Of a stretch of 52,828 nucleotides of DNA, positions 36,108 through 43,514 are shown piece by piece (the first letter of the stretch is position 1; each line of letters begins with the position of its first letter). This stretch comes from a virus (lineage: Duplodnaviria > Caudoviricetes). The DNA lies in the IMG/VR virus record IMGVR_UViG_3300046718_001019, positions 1-52,828 of that record; one strand, 5' to 3'. The notes under the pieces are model-generated. The model was not told the origin of the DNA. It did no database searches and was given only the letters and a program-made list of their open reading frames with translations. A program made the position numbers and the translations under genes.

Positions 36108-36348
36108 CACCGGCACCGCGGGCGATGACGTCCTGAAGCTGCTGGAAGGAGCGATCGTCGGGTTCGCCACCGGCAAGGGCGTGTCGCTCTCGCCGGATCA
36201 GATCGGCAAGCTCGTCACCGACTGCGCGGCCTGGGTCGCGAAGGCCGTCACGACGAAGGTCACCGACAAAGCGGCCGCAGACGGTCAGGCGGCGGCGGAC
36301 AAGATCACCACGCTCGAGCAGGCCGAGGCCGCTCAGGAGAAACTCTGA
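36100..36348 (+). CDS. Small lysis-region protein
   Basis: Overlapping start and stop; Ala-rich helix. Confidence 0.55.
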   Translation: MADTGTAGDDVLKLLEGAIVGFATGKGVSLSPDQIGKLVTDCAAWVAKAVTTKVTDKAAADGQAAADKITTLEQAEAAQEKL

Positions 36349-36701
36349 TGCTCACGCTCGTCATGATCGTCGCCCTCTCGCAGTCGCCCGATGCACCGCT
36401 GCGGCACCAGTGCGGCACGGTGGAGCACAAGCCTGACGGCGGCGTGGATGCGACCGTGGCAGGCTGCGCGAACATCCTCAACGTCGGCACGCCCACCCCG
36501 TACGCTGGACTGCTGCTGGATGAGCAGGAAGACGTGCACCGCACCTCACGCGAAGAGGGAAAGACGGTCGAGCTGAAGGAGCTCAAGACCGGCAACTTCA
36601 TCATGCCGCCCGGCGCCTACGTGGGCATCACGGGCGCTGCCGTCGGGGTGGCGATCGCGCTCACGCTGGCGCTGCTTGCCGGAACCGGGCACCTGAAGTA
36701 G
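36348..36701 (+). CDS. Exported protein with C-terminal TM, spanin-like topology
   Basis: Hydrophobic N-terminus and C-terminal AAVGVAIALTLALLA; last gene of the lysis cassette. Confidence 0.5.
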   Translation: MLTLVMIVALSQSPDAPLRHQCGTVEHKPDGGVDATVAGCANILNVGTPTPYAGLLLDEQEDVHRTSREEGKTVELKELKTGNFIMPPGAYVGITGAAVGVAIALTLALLAGTGHLK

Positions 36702-36709
36702 ATTCGCAT

Positions 36710-36781
36710 CGTGCCGTGGAGCAGCGGTAGCTCGCTGGGCTCATAACCCAGAGGTCGCCGGTTCGAATCCGGCCGGCGCAA
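36710..36781 (+). tRNA. tRNA-fMet (CAT), initiator type, CCA not encoded
   Basis: CGTGCCG/CGGCGCA acceptor with C1:A72 mismatch, CTGGG-CTCATAA-CCCAG with three G-C pairs, GCCGG-TTCGAAT-CCGGC. Confidence 0.95.
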
Positions 36782-36793
36782 AGGAGGCAGCAC

Positions 36794-37096
36794 ATGCACT
36801 ACAAGAACGGCCGCGAGGCGAAGAACGGCGACAAGGTGGTCTTCACCCCGATGTACACGAGCGGGGACGGCAAGATCGTCTACGGCTCTCCGATGATCGG
36901 CATCCTCTACGATGCCCAGGCCGGCAACGACCACTGCAACGGAAAGGTCGCGCCGATGAGCCCGGCCGACTCTTGCCCGAACCTGAAGGAGTGCCTGCAC
37001 CTCGAGGACGTGCTCAAGGTGATCGCCGGCGACGTGCCCGACACCTCGAAGGCGGCCGACCCGATCCCCGCGCCGGCCGCGACCGCTCCGGGCTAA
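36794..37096 (+). CDS. Hypothetical protein (MHYKNGREAKNGD...)
   Basis: AAGGAGG RBS; biased codon usage. Confidence 0.75.
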   Translation: MHYKNGREAKNGDKVVFTPMYTSGDGKIVYGSPMIGILYDAQAGNDHCNGKVAPMSPADSCPNLKECLHLEDVLKVIAGDVPDTSKAADPIPAPAATAPG

Positions 37097-38142
37097 GCCT
37101 TCTTGAAGAGCGCCTCGGCCGAGCCGACCTGCTCTTCCTTTTGCATCACCTCGCGCACGGTCCGGTCGACCTCGCGGAAGTCGATGCCGTAGGCCTTGCA
37201 GAGTGCCTTGAGCCGCACGTTCGCCTCGTCCTCGGGCGTGTCCACCCAGCGCGCCGCGGTGAGTTCCACAAGCAGTCCGCGCAGTTCGGCGCCTGACATC
37301 TTCTGCAGCCGCGCCTGGAGCTGCTTCGGTGTCTCCAGCCCGCGGCGCTCGAGCACGATGTCCGGCGCCCCGTCGGTCAGGTCCGCGCTCACCATGAAGC
37401 GCAGGTCCTCCGGCCGCAGGTCCGCCTTCGTCTGCACCACATCGACCACGCGGCCCAGGGCGAAGCTACGCACCCGGTGCACCACCTTCTCCACCTGCTT
37501 GCGCGCGAACGCCTTCAGCCCCGTCTTGCGCTCCTTGGCCGTCTCCTCATCGAGCAGCCGCCTGAGCACCTGGCGCGCCTCGCCATGCGGCACCGGGTCA
37601 CCGTACCGGTTCGGCTCGAGCCGCTGCACCGCCACCTCCTGGAGCCGCTCGCCCTTGAGCCGCGCCACGAGCAGCGCCGTCGCCGCCGTGAGGCGTCCCG
37701 CGGTGAACGCCTTGCGCGCCGCCGGCGCGAGCTCGAGCAACTTCACCCGTTCGTACACCGACGTCCGCGCCCGGCCCACCGAATCGGCCACGTCGTCGTA
37801 GGACATGCCGAGCAGGTGCAGCTGGTGAAACGCATCGGCCTCCTCGAGCGGGTGCAGGTCCTCGCGCTGCAGGTTCTCGATGAGCTGCACCTCGAGCGCT
37901 TCCTCATCGCTCAGCTCGCGCACCACCACCGGCACTTCCTTCAGGCCCGCTTTCTTCGCAGCGCGGAGGCGCCGGGCGCCGGCGACCACCTCAAAGCCCT
38001 CCTTCGTGTGTCGCACCACGAGCGGCTCGAGCACCTCGTGCTTCTTCATGCTGGCCACGAGCTCGGACAGGTCACCGAAGTGCTTGCGGGGGTTCGTCTT
38101 CGACTCGTGCAGTTCGCTCAGCGGAACGGTCTTGGTCGCCAT
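37093..38142 (-). CDS. parB: ParB/RepB/Spo0J-family protein 1
   Basis: NPRKHF, VVAGARRLRAA, QLIENLQREDLHPLEEA, HTH. Confidence 0.9.
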   Translation of the reverse strand: MATKTVPLSELHESKTNPRKHFGDLSELVASMKKHEVLEPLVVRHTKEGFEVVAGARRLRAAKKAGLKEVPVVVRELSDEEALEVQLIENLQREDLHPLEEADAFHQLHLLGMSYDDVADSVGRARTSVYERVKLLELAPAARKAFTAGRLTAATALLVARLKGERLQEVAVQRLEPNRYGDPVPHGEARQVLRRLLDEETAKERKTGLKAFARKQVEKVVHRVRSFALGRVVDVVQTKADLRPEDLRFMVSADLTDGAPDIVLERRGLETPKQLQARLQKMSGAELRGLLVELTAARWVDTPEDEANVRLKALCKAYGIDFREVDRTVREVMQKEEQVGSAEALFKKA

Positions 38143-38235
38143 GGCTGCCCTTCTAACTGCGCTCGGTGTGGGTGCGGATGTCGAACGCGTATGGTCACGT
38201 TCGAAAGTGACGTTCGATGGCTGCCTCGCCCTGGG

Positions 38236-38673
38236 CTAGCTGAGGTTCTTCACCACATCGGCGCGCTGCTGCTCGTAGTGCTTCAACTGCACGCGGAGTG
38301 CGGCCGCGTACTGTTCTCTGGTCATGTGGGGCTTGCTGACGTGACCCGCCTCGACGGCGGCGATCAGCTTCAGGTGCTTCTCGAGAATGCGGTCGAGCTC
38401 GCCGACCAGGTGCTCGCGCGCCTCGGCCAGCATCTGCTCTTCTTTTGCGGTCCGCTTCGGCCGCAGTTCAAGTTCATTCACGTGCTGCTTCTGCGCCATC
38501 GTCTTCCACCACTCATTCAGCGTGAGACCGGCCTCCTCGGCCGCGGCGCGGGCCATGTCGTCGACGCCGATGCTCACCCTGACTTTGTGCTCGCGCGCTG
38601 CATTGCGATCCTCCACCGGCAGCGGCGGCCGGCCGGGGTTCTCGTGTCGACGGTCTTTCTTCTTTCTCGCCAT
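38236..38673 (-). CDS. Putative ribbon-helix-helix DNA-binding protein
   Basis: GRPP motif, KVRVS strand followed by ARAAAEEAGLTLNEWW. Confidence 0.55.
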   Translation of the reverse strand: MARKKKDRRHENPGRPPLPVEDRNAAREHKVRVSIGVDDMARAAAEEAGLTLNEWWKTMAQKQHVNELELRPKRTAKEEQMLAEAREHLVGELDRILEKHLKLIAAVEAGHVSKPHMTREQYAAALRVQLKHYEQQRADVVKNLS

Positions 38674-38701
38674 TGCCTCTTCCATGCCGAACGCCTCCGT
38701 T

Positions 38702-38763
38702 TGGGTCAAGCGCATTGGGATTGAGCCGGCCCCTTCCGGCTCTCACCCGATGCGCTCGACTCA
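38702..38763 (-). other. Long imperfect hairpin (processing site or terminator)
   Basis: About 25 paired positions around a 6-nt loop, starting at the DUF932 stop; no U-tract. Confidence 0.55.
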
Positions 38764-39561
38764 GGCGGCCTTCATCCGGCGGAACTCCTCGGCGAGGTGC
38801 CAGAGCGCCTTGTTGAGGCGGGTGTCTTCGGTCACCGAGGCGACAGCGCGCACCCGGCGGCGCTTCCCCTCGGCCGTCGTGCCGCGCACGCCGCCGCGCA
38901 CCAGGTTCTCCTGCACCCGGTTGAAGGTGGTCCACAGGTCGCCGCCCTTATCGTCGTAGCGGCGCGCGGTGAGCAGCGAGCGGGGGTCCGCCTGGACTTC
39001 GTCGCCCCAGCGGGCCACCGCGGCCGCACCGGCGAAGGCCTCCTGCTCGCCCGCGGTGAGCTGAACGGCGCGCATGCCGTTGATGGACTCGGAGAGCTTC
39101 GGCACGTCGGCCACCACCTTGAAGCTCGCGTCGATGATCTCCGCCGGCGTCACGTGCGCGTGGCGGATGGAGATTTTCGCGAAGGTGCTGTCAGCGACCA
39201 CCATCCCGTTGCCGCAGACCAGGCGGAAGACGCCGGCGTGCAGCTGGAACGCGCTGGACGCGTCGTGCGAGTTGACCAGCACCAGCTCGGGGAAGACGTC
39301 GCCGACGTCGAGGCGCGCGTCCGAGTGGCGGAAGCGCACAACGTGGCGCTGCACACCGGCGCGGGTGATGTCCTTCGCCCTGCCCTGCGCCGCGAACATC
39401 GGCGCCCAGCCGGCGCCCTGGAGCGCGTCGACGACGCTCGAGGTGGGGACGAAGGAGTACTTCTCGGAGACGCTGGCGTGCGGCGCGGCGGCGAAGATGG
39501 CCGGGGCGGTGCGGGCGAGCTGCTCGGTGCTGAGGACGTTGCCAGAGGTACGGGTGATCAT
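38761..39561 (-). CDS. DUF932 (DUF945) family protein
   Basis: APAIFA...SEKYSFVPT, LVNSHDASSAFQLHAGVFRLVCGNGMV, DLWTTFNRVQENLVRGG. Confidence 0.9.
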   Translation of the reverse strand: MITRTSGNVLSTEQLARTAPAIFAAAPHASVSEKYSFVPTSSVVDALQGAGWAPMFAAQGRAKDITRAGVQRHVVRFRHSDARLDVGDVFPELVLVNSHDASSAFQLHAGVFRLVCGNGMVVADSTFAKISIRHAHVTPAEIIDASFKVVADVPKLSESINGMRAVQLTAGEQEAFAGAAAVARWGDEVQADPRSLLTARRYDDKGGDLWTTFNRVQENLVRGGVRGTTAEGKRRRVRAVASVTEDTRLNKALWHLAEEFRRMKAA

Positions 39562-39619
39562 CGTGCGTTCTCCCTACGTGAGCCCAGCGCCGACAATCGG
39601 CACCGGGAACAACGAGGAA

Positions 39620-39707
39620 GGTGGGTGACGGGGCTTGAACCCGTATGCTCCCGCTAGAGAGCCACCGCTTCTAAGGCGGCTGCGTCTACCAATTCCGCCA
39701 CACCCAC
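39620..39707 (-). tRNA. tRNA-Leu (TAG), atypical C73 discriminator, CCA not encoded
   Basis: GTGGGTG/CACCCAC acceptor, GCGGAATTGGTAGACGC D arm, GCCGC-CTTAGAA-GCGGT, long variable arm, ACGGG-TTCAAGC-CCCGT. Confidence 0.9.
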
Positions 39708-39736
39708 CGTTTCCTCAGAGAGTCGTTTGCGCGACC

Positions 39737-39780
39737 CTCTATATATATAGTGTACCCAGATATATTATTTGGGCATTTCG
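39737..39780 (-). promoter_or_regulatory. AT-rich leftward promoter with operator-like inverted repeat
   Basis: Minus-strand TACACT -10 at 39749-39754; inverted repeat CCCAGATATATTATTTGGG at 39755-39773; CTATATATATAG palindrome. Confidence 0.55.
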
Positions 39781-40033
39781 GCGGGCATTTCCAGGGAAAT
39801 ATTTAGTGGGGACAGTTATTTACGCGTAAGCCGGCTTGGCAGAAAAATCGACCGTTGAAATCACTGGGGGTTTTATTTCTGTGTCCCCACAAATGTTTTC
39901 GGGTAGCGGGGCCCAGAAAGCCCAACCCCCGCACCGGGCACGATGTCCGGGCGGGGGTCAGGGGTGTGGCGGTCGGCCTTTCGGCCGGCCCTCTAGCGGG
40001 AGATCTGTATGGTGCTCTTGGGACGGACTGCCG

Positions 40034-40252
40034 TCAACTCTTCCTCTCGTGGAGTGCCGCCCTCAGCTCGGGCTCTTCCTCGGGCCAGAAGTGACCGGCG
40101 TACGGAAGTTCGCCATAGCCTCGACACTCTCCGCCCGTGGTGCAGTAGCCGGTCGCAGCCTCCAGCGGAACGGAGCGCCCACGCGGGGCCTTGCGGCGGC
40201 CGCAGACGGTGCAGTCGGGCATGGCCCAGCAGGCGACGGTGTGCTGGCTCAT
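40034..40252 (-). CDS. Small Cys-rich protein
   Basis: ATGA-type coupling; CTVC. Confidence 0.55.
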   Translation of the reverse strand: MSQHTVACWAMPDCTVCGRRKAPRGRSVPLEAATGYCTTGGECRGYGELPYAGHFWPEEEPELRAALHERKS

Positions 40253-40569
40253 CGCGAGCCCCCGAGTTTCCCGTCGGCGAGCAGTCGGCTGATCGCAAAC
40301 AGCACGCACTTGCAGCACGTGACGCGAGTCGGTCCGCTGACCTTGGTGGTCGGCAGCGGGCGGCGGTTGGAGTTGTGGCCGCACATGAACATGGGCGACG
40401 CCTTCCCGTTGAACATCGCGAGGTGCGTGCGCCCCGTCTTCGTGTTCTGCCAGACGATGTTCGCGACCACGCTGTATGGGTCGGGCATGCGCACCTTCAG
40501 TTCCTCGAACATCTTCCTTGTGTCGGGCGGCCACCAGTCACCTCCCGCAAAGAGCGTCATGGTGCTCAT
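40249..40569 (-). CDS. Small Cys/His-containing protein
   Basis: Coupled ORF; THL...MCG...VTCCKC. Confidence 0.55.
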   Translation of the reverse strand: MSTMTLFAGGDWWPPDTRKMFEELKVRMPDPYSVVANIVWQNTKTGRTHLAMFNGKASPMFMCGHNSNRRPLPTTKVSGPTRVTCCKCVLFAISRLLADGKLGGSR

Positions 40570-41381
40570 CGCGGTTGTTCCTTGGTGAGGGCGCGCACGG
40601 CGGCAGCCATCTCCGCCAGAAGGCGATCGTGGTTCGCCACGCGCAGCCCGAAGCCGGGCCCGCGGTCGAGCAGTTGCGCAGCCTCTTCGAGTGCTTCCTT
40701 GCGGACCCGGGCGTCGTGCTCGGCGAGCCACGCGGACACCTCCGCGTCCGTAGCCGTGTACGCCTGTTGCGCCAACTTCCCGCTCGCGTTCAGGGCATCG
40801 TCTGCGATGTTCTTCGCCTCGCGCATCGCGAGCCCGGCCTCTTCCTTGTACCGGTCGTCGTCCCATTCGTACGCGCCGCGCCCCTCGAGGATCCATGAGC
40901 GGCTGCGGATCTCTTTGATGATGCGGCTCAGCGCGGCGGCGAGGCCCGTGCGGTCGCGGTCGATGGCGTCCTTCAGCATCGCGATACGCGCCCGCAGCGA
41001 CTCGGTCAGCGCCTTGTCGTGCTCGGCGAGGGCGGTGCCGGACTTGAAGGTGGCGAGAGCACGATGCCCCGGGCACATCTCGTCGGGAGGGTACTCGTCG
41101 CAGATCGTGCAGTTGTTCGGCTCGGCGTGGTCGAGCGCAAATCGCAGCGCTCCCGCTAACCGCTCTGCGGTGGCCTCGGCCTCCAACTGCGACAGCGCGC
41201 ATTCCCGGGCCCTCCTCTCCCAATCGGTCGCATACGCGCGGGCTTGGTCGCGCATCCCCTGCATGCCCAACGCCTCCTCCTGTGCGGCGGCGAGCTGTTC
41301 GCGGAGGCGGGCGATCTGGTCGCACTGGGCCTCGTACGCGTCTCGCAGTGACTCCGTGGTGGGTATCGGCTTGGTGCTCAT
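40566..41381 (-). CDS. Coiled-coil hypothetical protein
   Basis: GGAGG RBS; coupled ORF. Confidence 0.6.
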   Translation of the reverse strand: MSTKPIPTTESLRDAYEAQCDQIARLREQLAAAQEEALGMQGMRDQARAYATDWERRARECALSQLEAEATAERLAGALRFALDHAEPNNCTICDEYPPDEMCPGHRALATFKSGTALAEHDKALTESLRARIAMLKDAIDRDRTGLAAALSRIIKEIRSRSWILEGRGAYEWDDDRYKEEAGLAMREAKNIADDALNASGKLAQQAYTATDAEVSAWLAEHDARVRKEALEEAAQLLDRGPGFGLRVANHDRLLAEMAAAVRALTKEQPR

Positions 41382-41617
41382 GGCCGTCCTCCGTGCCACC
41401 GCCGCATGTGCAGCGCGATGTTCACGATGCGCCGGCCGCACACCTTGCACTTCGGCTTTTTCTTCCAGACGACGAACAGGCGGCACGCATCACAGCGAAG
41501 CTGCTGGTGGGTCTTGGCCATCGCCCTGAACCAGTCTTGCCGCTCGAGGTAGCCGTCGGGGATGCCGGGCTGATGATGCTGCGCCGACTTCGGGCACATC
41601 GCTCCGGGCGCGCTCAC
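41378..41617 (-). CDS. Small Zn-finger-like protein
   Basis: CDAC and CKVC...HMRRWH. Confidence 0.55.
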   Translation of the reverse strand: MSAPGAMCPKSAQHHQPGIPDGYLERQDWFRAMAKTHQQLRCDACRLFVVWKKKPKCKVCGRRIVNIALHMRRWHGGRP

Positions 41618-42015
41618 GGCTTCCACTCCGGGTGCTTCGAGGTCATGTGCCGTCGCACGTTCTCGAACGAGCGGGTGCAGTGCGGGCAGACGCCGGCGGT
41701 GGCGCGTTTCCTCGCCTTCGTCACCGCGCCCTTGAGCGCGCGAGCGCTTGCCTCGGCGGTGGCGCGGCGCGCGCGCTCGGTCTCGAGCTGCTGCGCCTTC
41801 CACCGGAGATCAGCCGCGAGCCGATCCCGCTCCTTCTCGGCGGCGCTCGGCCCGTACCACCCGCCCGGCAGCTGACACGACGGGCAGCTGAATGACCCCT
41901 TCGAGCGCTGAAGTGCCTCGACGTGACCGTCTCCAAGGCCGAACACGAGGCCGCAGTTAGGGCAGGTGACCGCGACCAGCTTGGTGGTGATGTACTTCGC
42001 TTCGACGGTCGTCAT
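41614..42015 (-). CDS. Zn-ribbon plus C2H2 Zn-finger protein
   Basis: CPNC, CPSC, coiled coil, CPHC..F....RHMTSKHP. Confidence 0.7.
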   Translation of the reverse strand: MTTVEAKYITTKLVAVTCPNCGLVFGLGDGHVEALQRSKGSFSCPSCQLPGGWYGPSAAEKERDRLAADLRWKAQQLETERARRATAEASARALKGAVTKARKRATAGVCPHCTRSFENVRRHMTSKHPEWKP

Positions 42016-42257
42016 GTCGTTCCTCCCAGTGCCTGGCGCAGCCGCTCGACCGCGCCGTTGTGGTCATCCACCTTCGGGTCCGTCAGGTACCGCAGCGCGT
42101 ACTCGGCCGCCTCGCGCAGCTGCTGCACGTGCTCGTACGGCTTCGGCTTGTCGCGCAGCTTGTCGGCGGCCCAGCGCACCACGCCCTCGGCGCGGTACGT
42201 GGTCGGGGCGCCGCTCACCGTCGCGAGCTCGTACAGGGCGTCGGCGGGTACGTTCAT
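42012..42257 (-). CDS. Hypothetical protein
   Basis: Coupled ORF. Confidence 0.55.
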   Translation of the reverse strand: MNVPADALYELATVSGAPTTYRAEGVVRWAADKLRDKPKPYEHVQQLREAAEYALRYLTDPKVDDHNGAVERLRQALGGTT

Positions 42258-43048
42258 GCCGCCCTCACGAGCTGAAACTTCGGGTATGGCAGTCCCTCGG
42301 GCATGCGGCGAGTCACCCGCCGATTCAGTCCCCAGCCGTAGCGGTGCTTGCCCGGGTGCCGTACGCGCCGCGCCACTTGCTCGAGCGCGCGATACAGCCA
42401 AGCGCCGCGATCGCCGCCGGAGTAGCGCTCCGCCCCGAACGCCTCGAGCTGGCCGCGCGCGTACACGAAGCCCCGTTCACCCTTGCGCACTTTGCCGGTG
42501 CTGCGATTCGCGAACACGGTGCCGTCCGGCAGCAGATACTCGGTCGCCCGGGATGAGAGGCCGCGATATCTCGCGTTGAACGCTTGGTAGATGTTCCCGA
42601 TGTGGCCGCCGAACACCTGGCGGCCGTCGCTGCTTTGTCGCGGGTGCGGGTCCGAGAACGAGACGACGCCGGCGACGCCCAGTGCCCGCAGCTGTTCGAA
42701 CGCCCGTGCCAGGAACCACGTCTCCCCGTTGGCCGCCACGTCGTCGAGCAGTACGAAACGCCCGAGTTCGAGCGAGTCCTTCCAGGCGTCGCCGAAAAGA
42801 GGCCGGAGTACGTGCGGCCACGTCACCGAGAAGACGGCGACGCCGACCAGGTCGCAGCGGCGGTAGAGGCCGAATCGGAACCGCGCGGCAGGGAAACTGC
42901 CCGAGTAGTGGTGCGCCTCGACGAATGCCTTCGCGGTCGTGTCGTCGCTGATCGAGCTGACGTCGAACGCTGACGTGTTGATGACCTCGCCCGCGGGTCG
43001 GTAGCTGTCGCGGCGTTCGCGCCAGCGTTGAGTGAGCGAGGAGATCAC
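42254..43048 (-). CDS. mom: Mom-family (GNAT-fold) adenine modification enzyme
   Basis: FVEAHHYSGS...LVGVAVF...LELGRFVL...NGETWFL...VVSFSDP...GHIGNIYQAFNARYRG. Confidence 0.85.
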   Translation of the reverse strand: MISSLTQRWRERRDSYRPAGEVINTSAFDVSSISDDTTAKAFVEAHHYSGSFPAARFRFGLYRRCDLVGVAVFSVTWPHVLRPLFGDAWKDSLELGRFVLLDDVAANGETWFLARAFEQLRALGVAGVVSFSDPHPRQSSDGRQVFGGHIGNIYQAFNARYRGLSSRATEYLLPDGTVFANRSTGKVRKGERGFVYARGQLEAFGAERYSGGDRGAWLYRALEQVARRVRHPGKHRYGWGLNRRVTRRMPEGLPYPKFQLVRAA

Positions 43049-43179
43049 TTTCGCCTCCTGGCCAGCTCGCCCGTCTGCACCTGGCCGCAACGGTGGCAGG
43101 CCCAATAGAGGCTCCATGCCGGGTCGACGCCGGTGGACGGCAGATGCCGGCCGAGCCAGCAGAGGAAGCGGCCGATCAC
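43045..43179 (-). CDS. Small Cys/His peptide
   Basis: LCWLGRH...CHRCG; coupled on both sides. Confidence 0.5.
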   Translation of the reverse strand: MIGRFLCWLGRHLPSTGVDPAWSLYWACHRCGQVQTGELARRRK

Positions 43180-43514
43180 GGTTCGTCTCCGACCAGCCTC
43201 GTCGCGAGCCCGTTTGCCTCCGACGTCTTGTTGAACTTCGCGACGACGGCGTCCCACAGGTCGATACCCGTCGCGTTCGCGATGAGGCTCGAGCAGATGA
43301 TGACGTCCGCCAGCTCGTCGGCCAGCTGCTCCTTCGTCGCGCGGCTGCCGCGAATCCCGAGACGCTCGCGCTCGAGCTTCTTGATGATGTTACACGCCTC
43401 GCCCGTCTCGCCGGCGAGCTCGTTCCCGCGGTAGGCCAGCGTGATGCGGTCGTCGCGGTCCCATTCCGCCTGGCGCGTCGCGTTCACCAGGGCCAGCTTC
43501 CGGAGCGCGTTCAC
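43176..43514 (-). CDS. mazG: MazG-like nucleotide pyrophosphohydrolase
   Basis: LAGETGEACNIIKKLER...LADELADVII...AKFN. Confidence 0.88.
   Translation of the reverse strand: MNALRKLALVNATRQAEWDRDDRITLAYRGNELAGETGEACNIIKKLERERLGIRGSRATKEQLADELADVIICSSLIANATGIDLWDAVVAKFNKTSEANGLATRLVGDEP

Noticed and set aside
36710-39707. tRNAs as prophage attachment sites
   Set aside because: Both are internal, flanked by phage genes, far from the integrase, and no duplicated 3' fragment was seen.
40009-41529. 506-aa plus-strand ORF
   Set aside because: Ser/Ala/Arg-rich shadow opposite a chain of coupled minus-strand genes.
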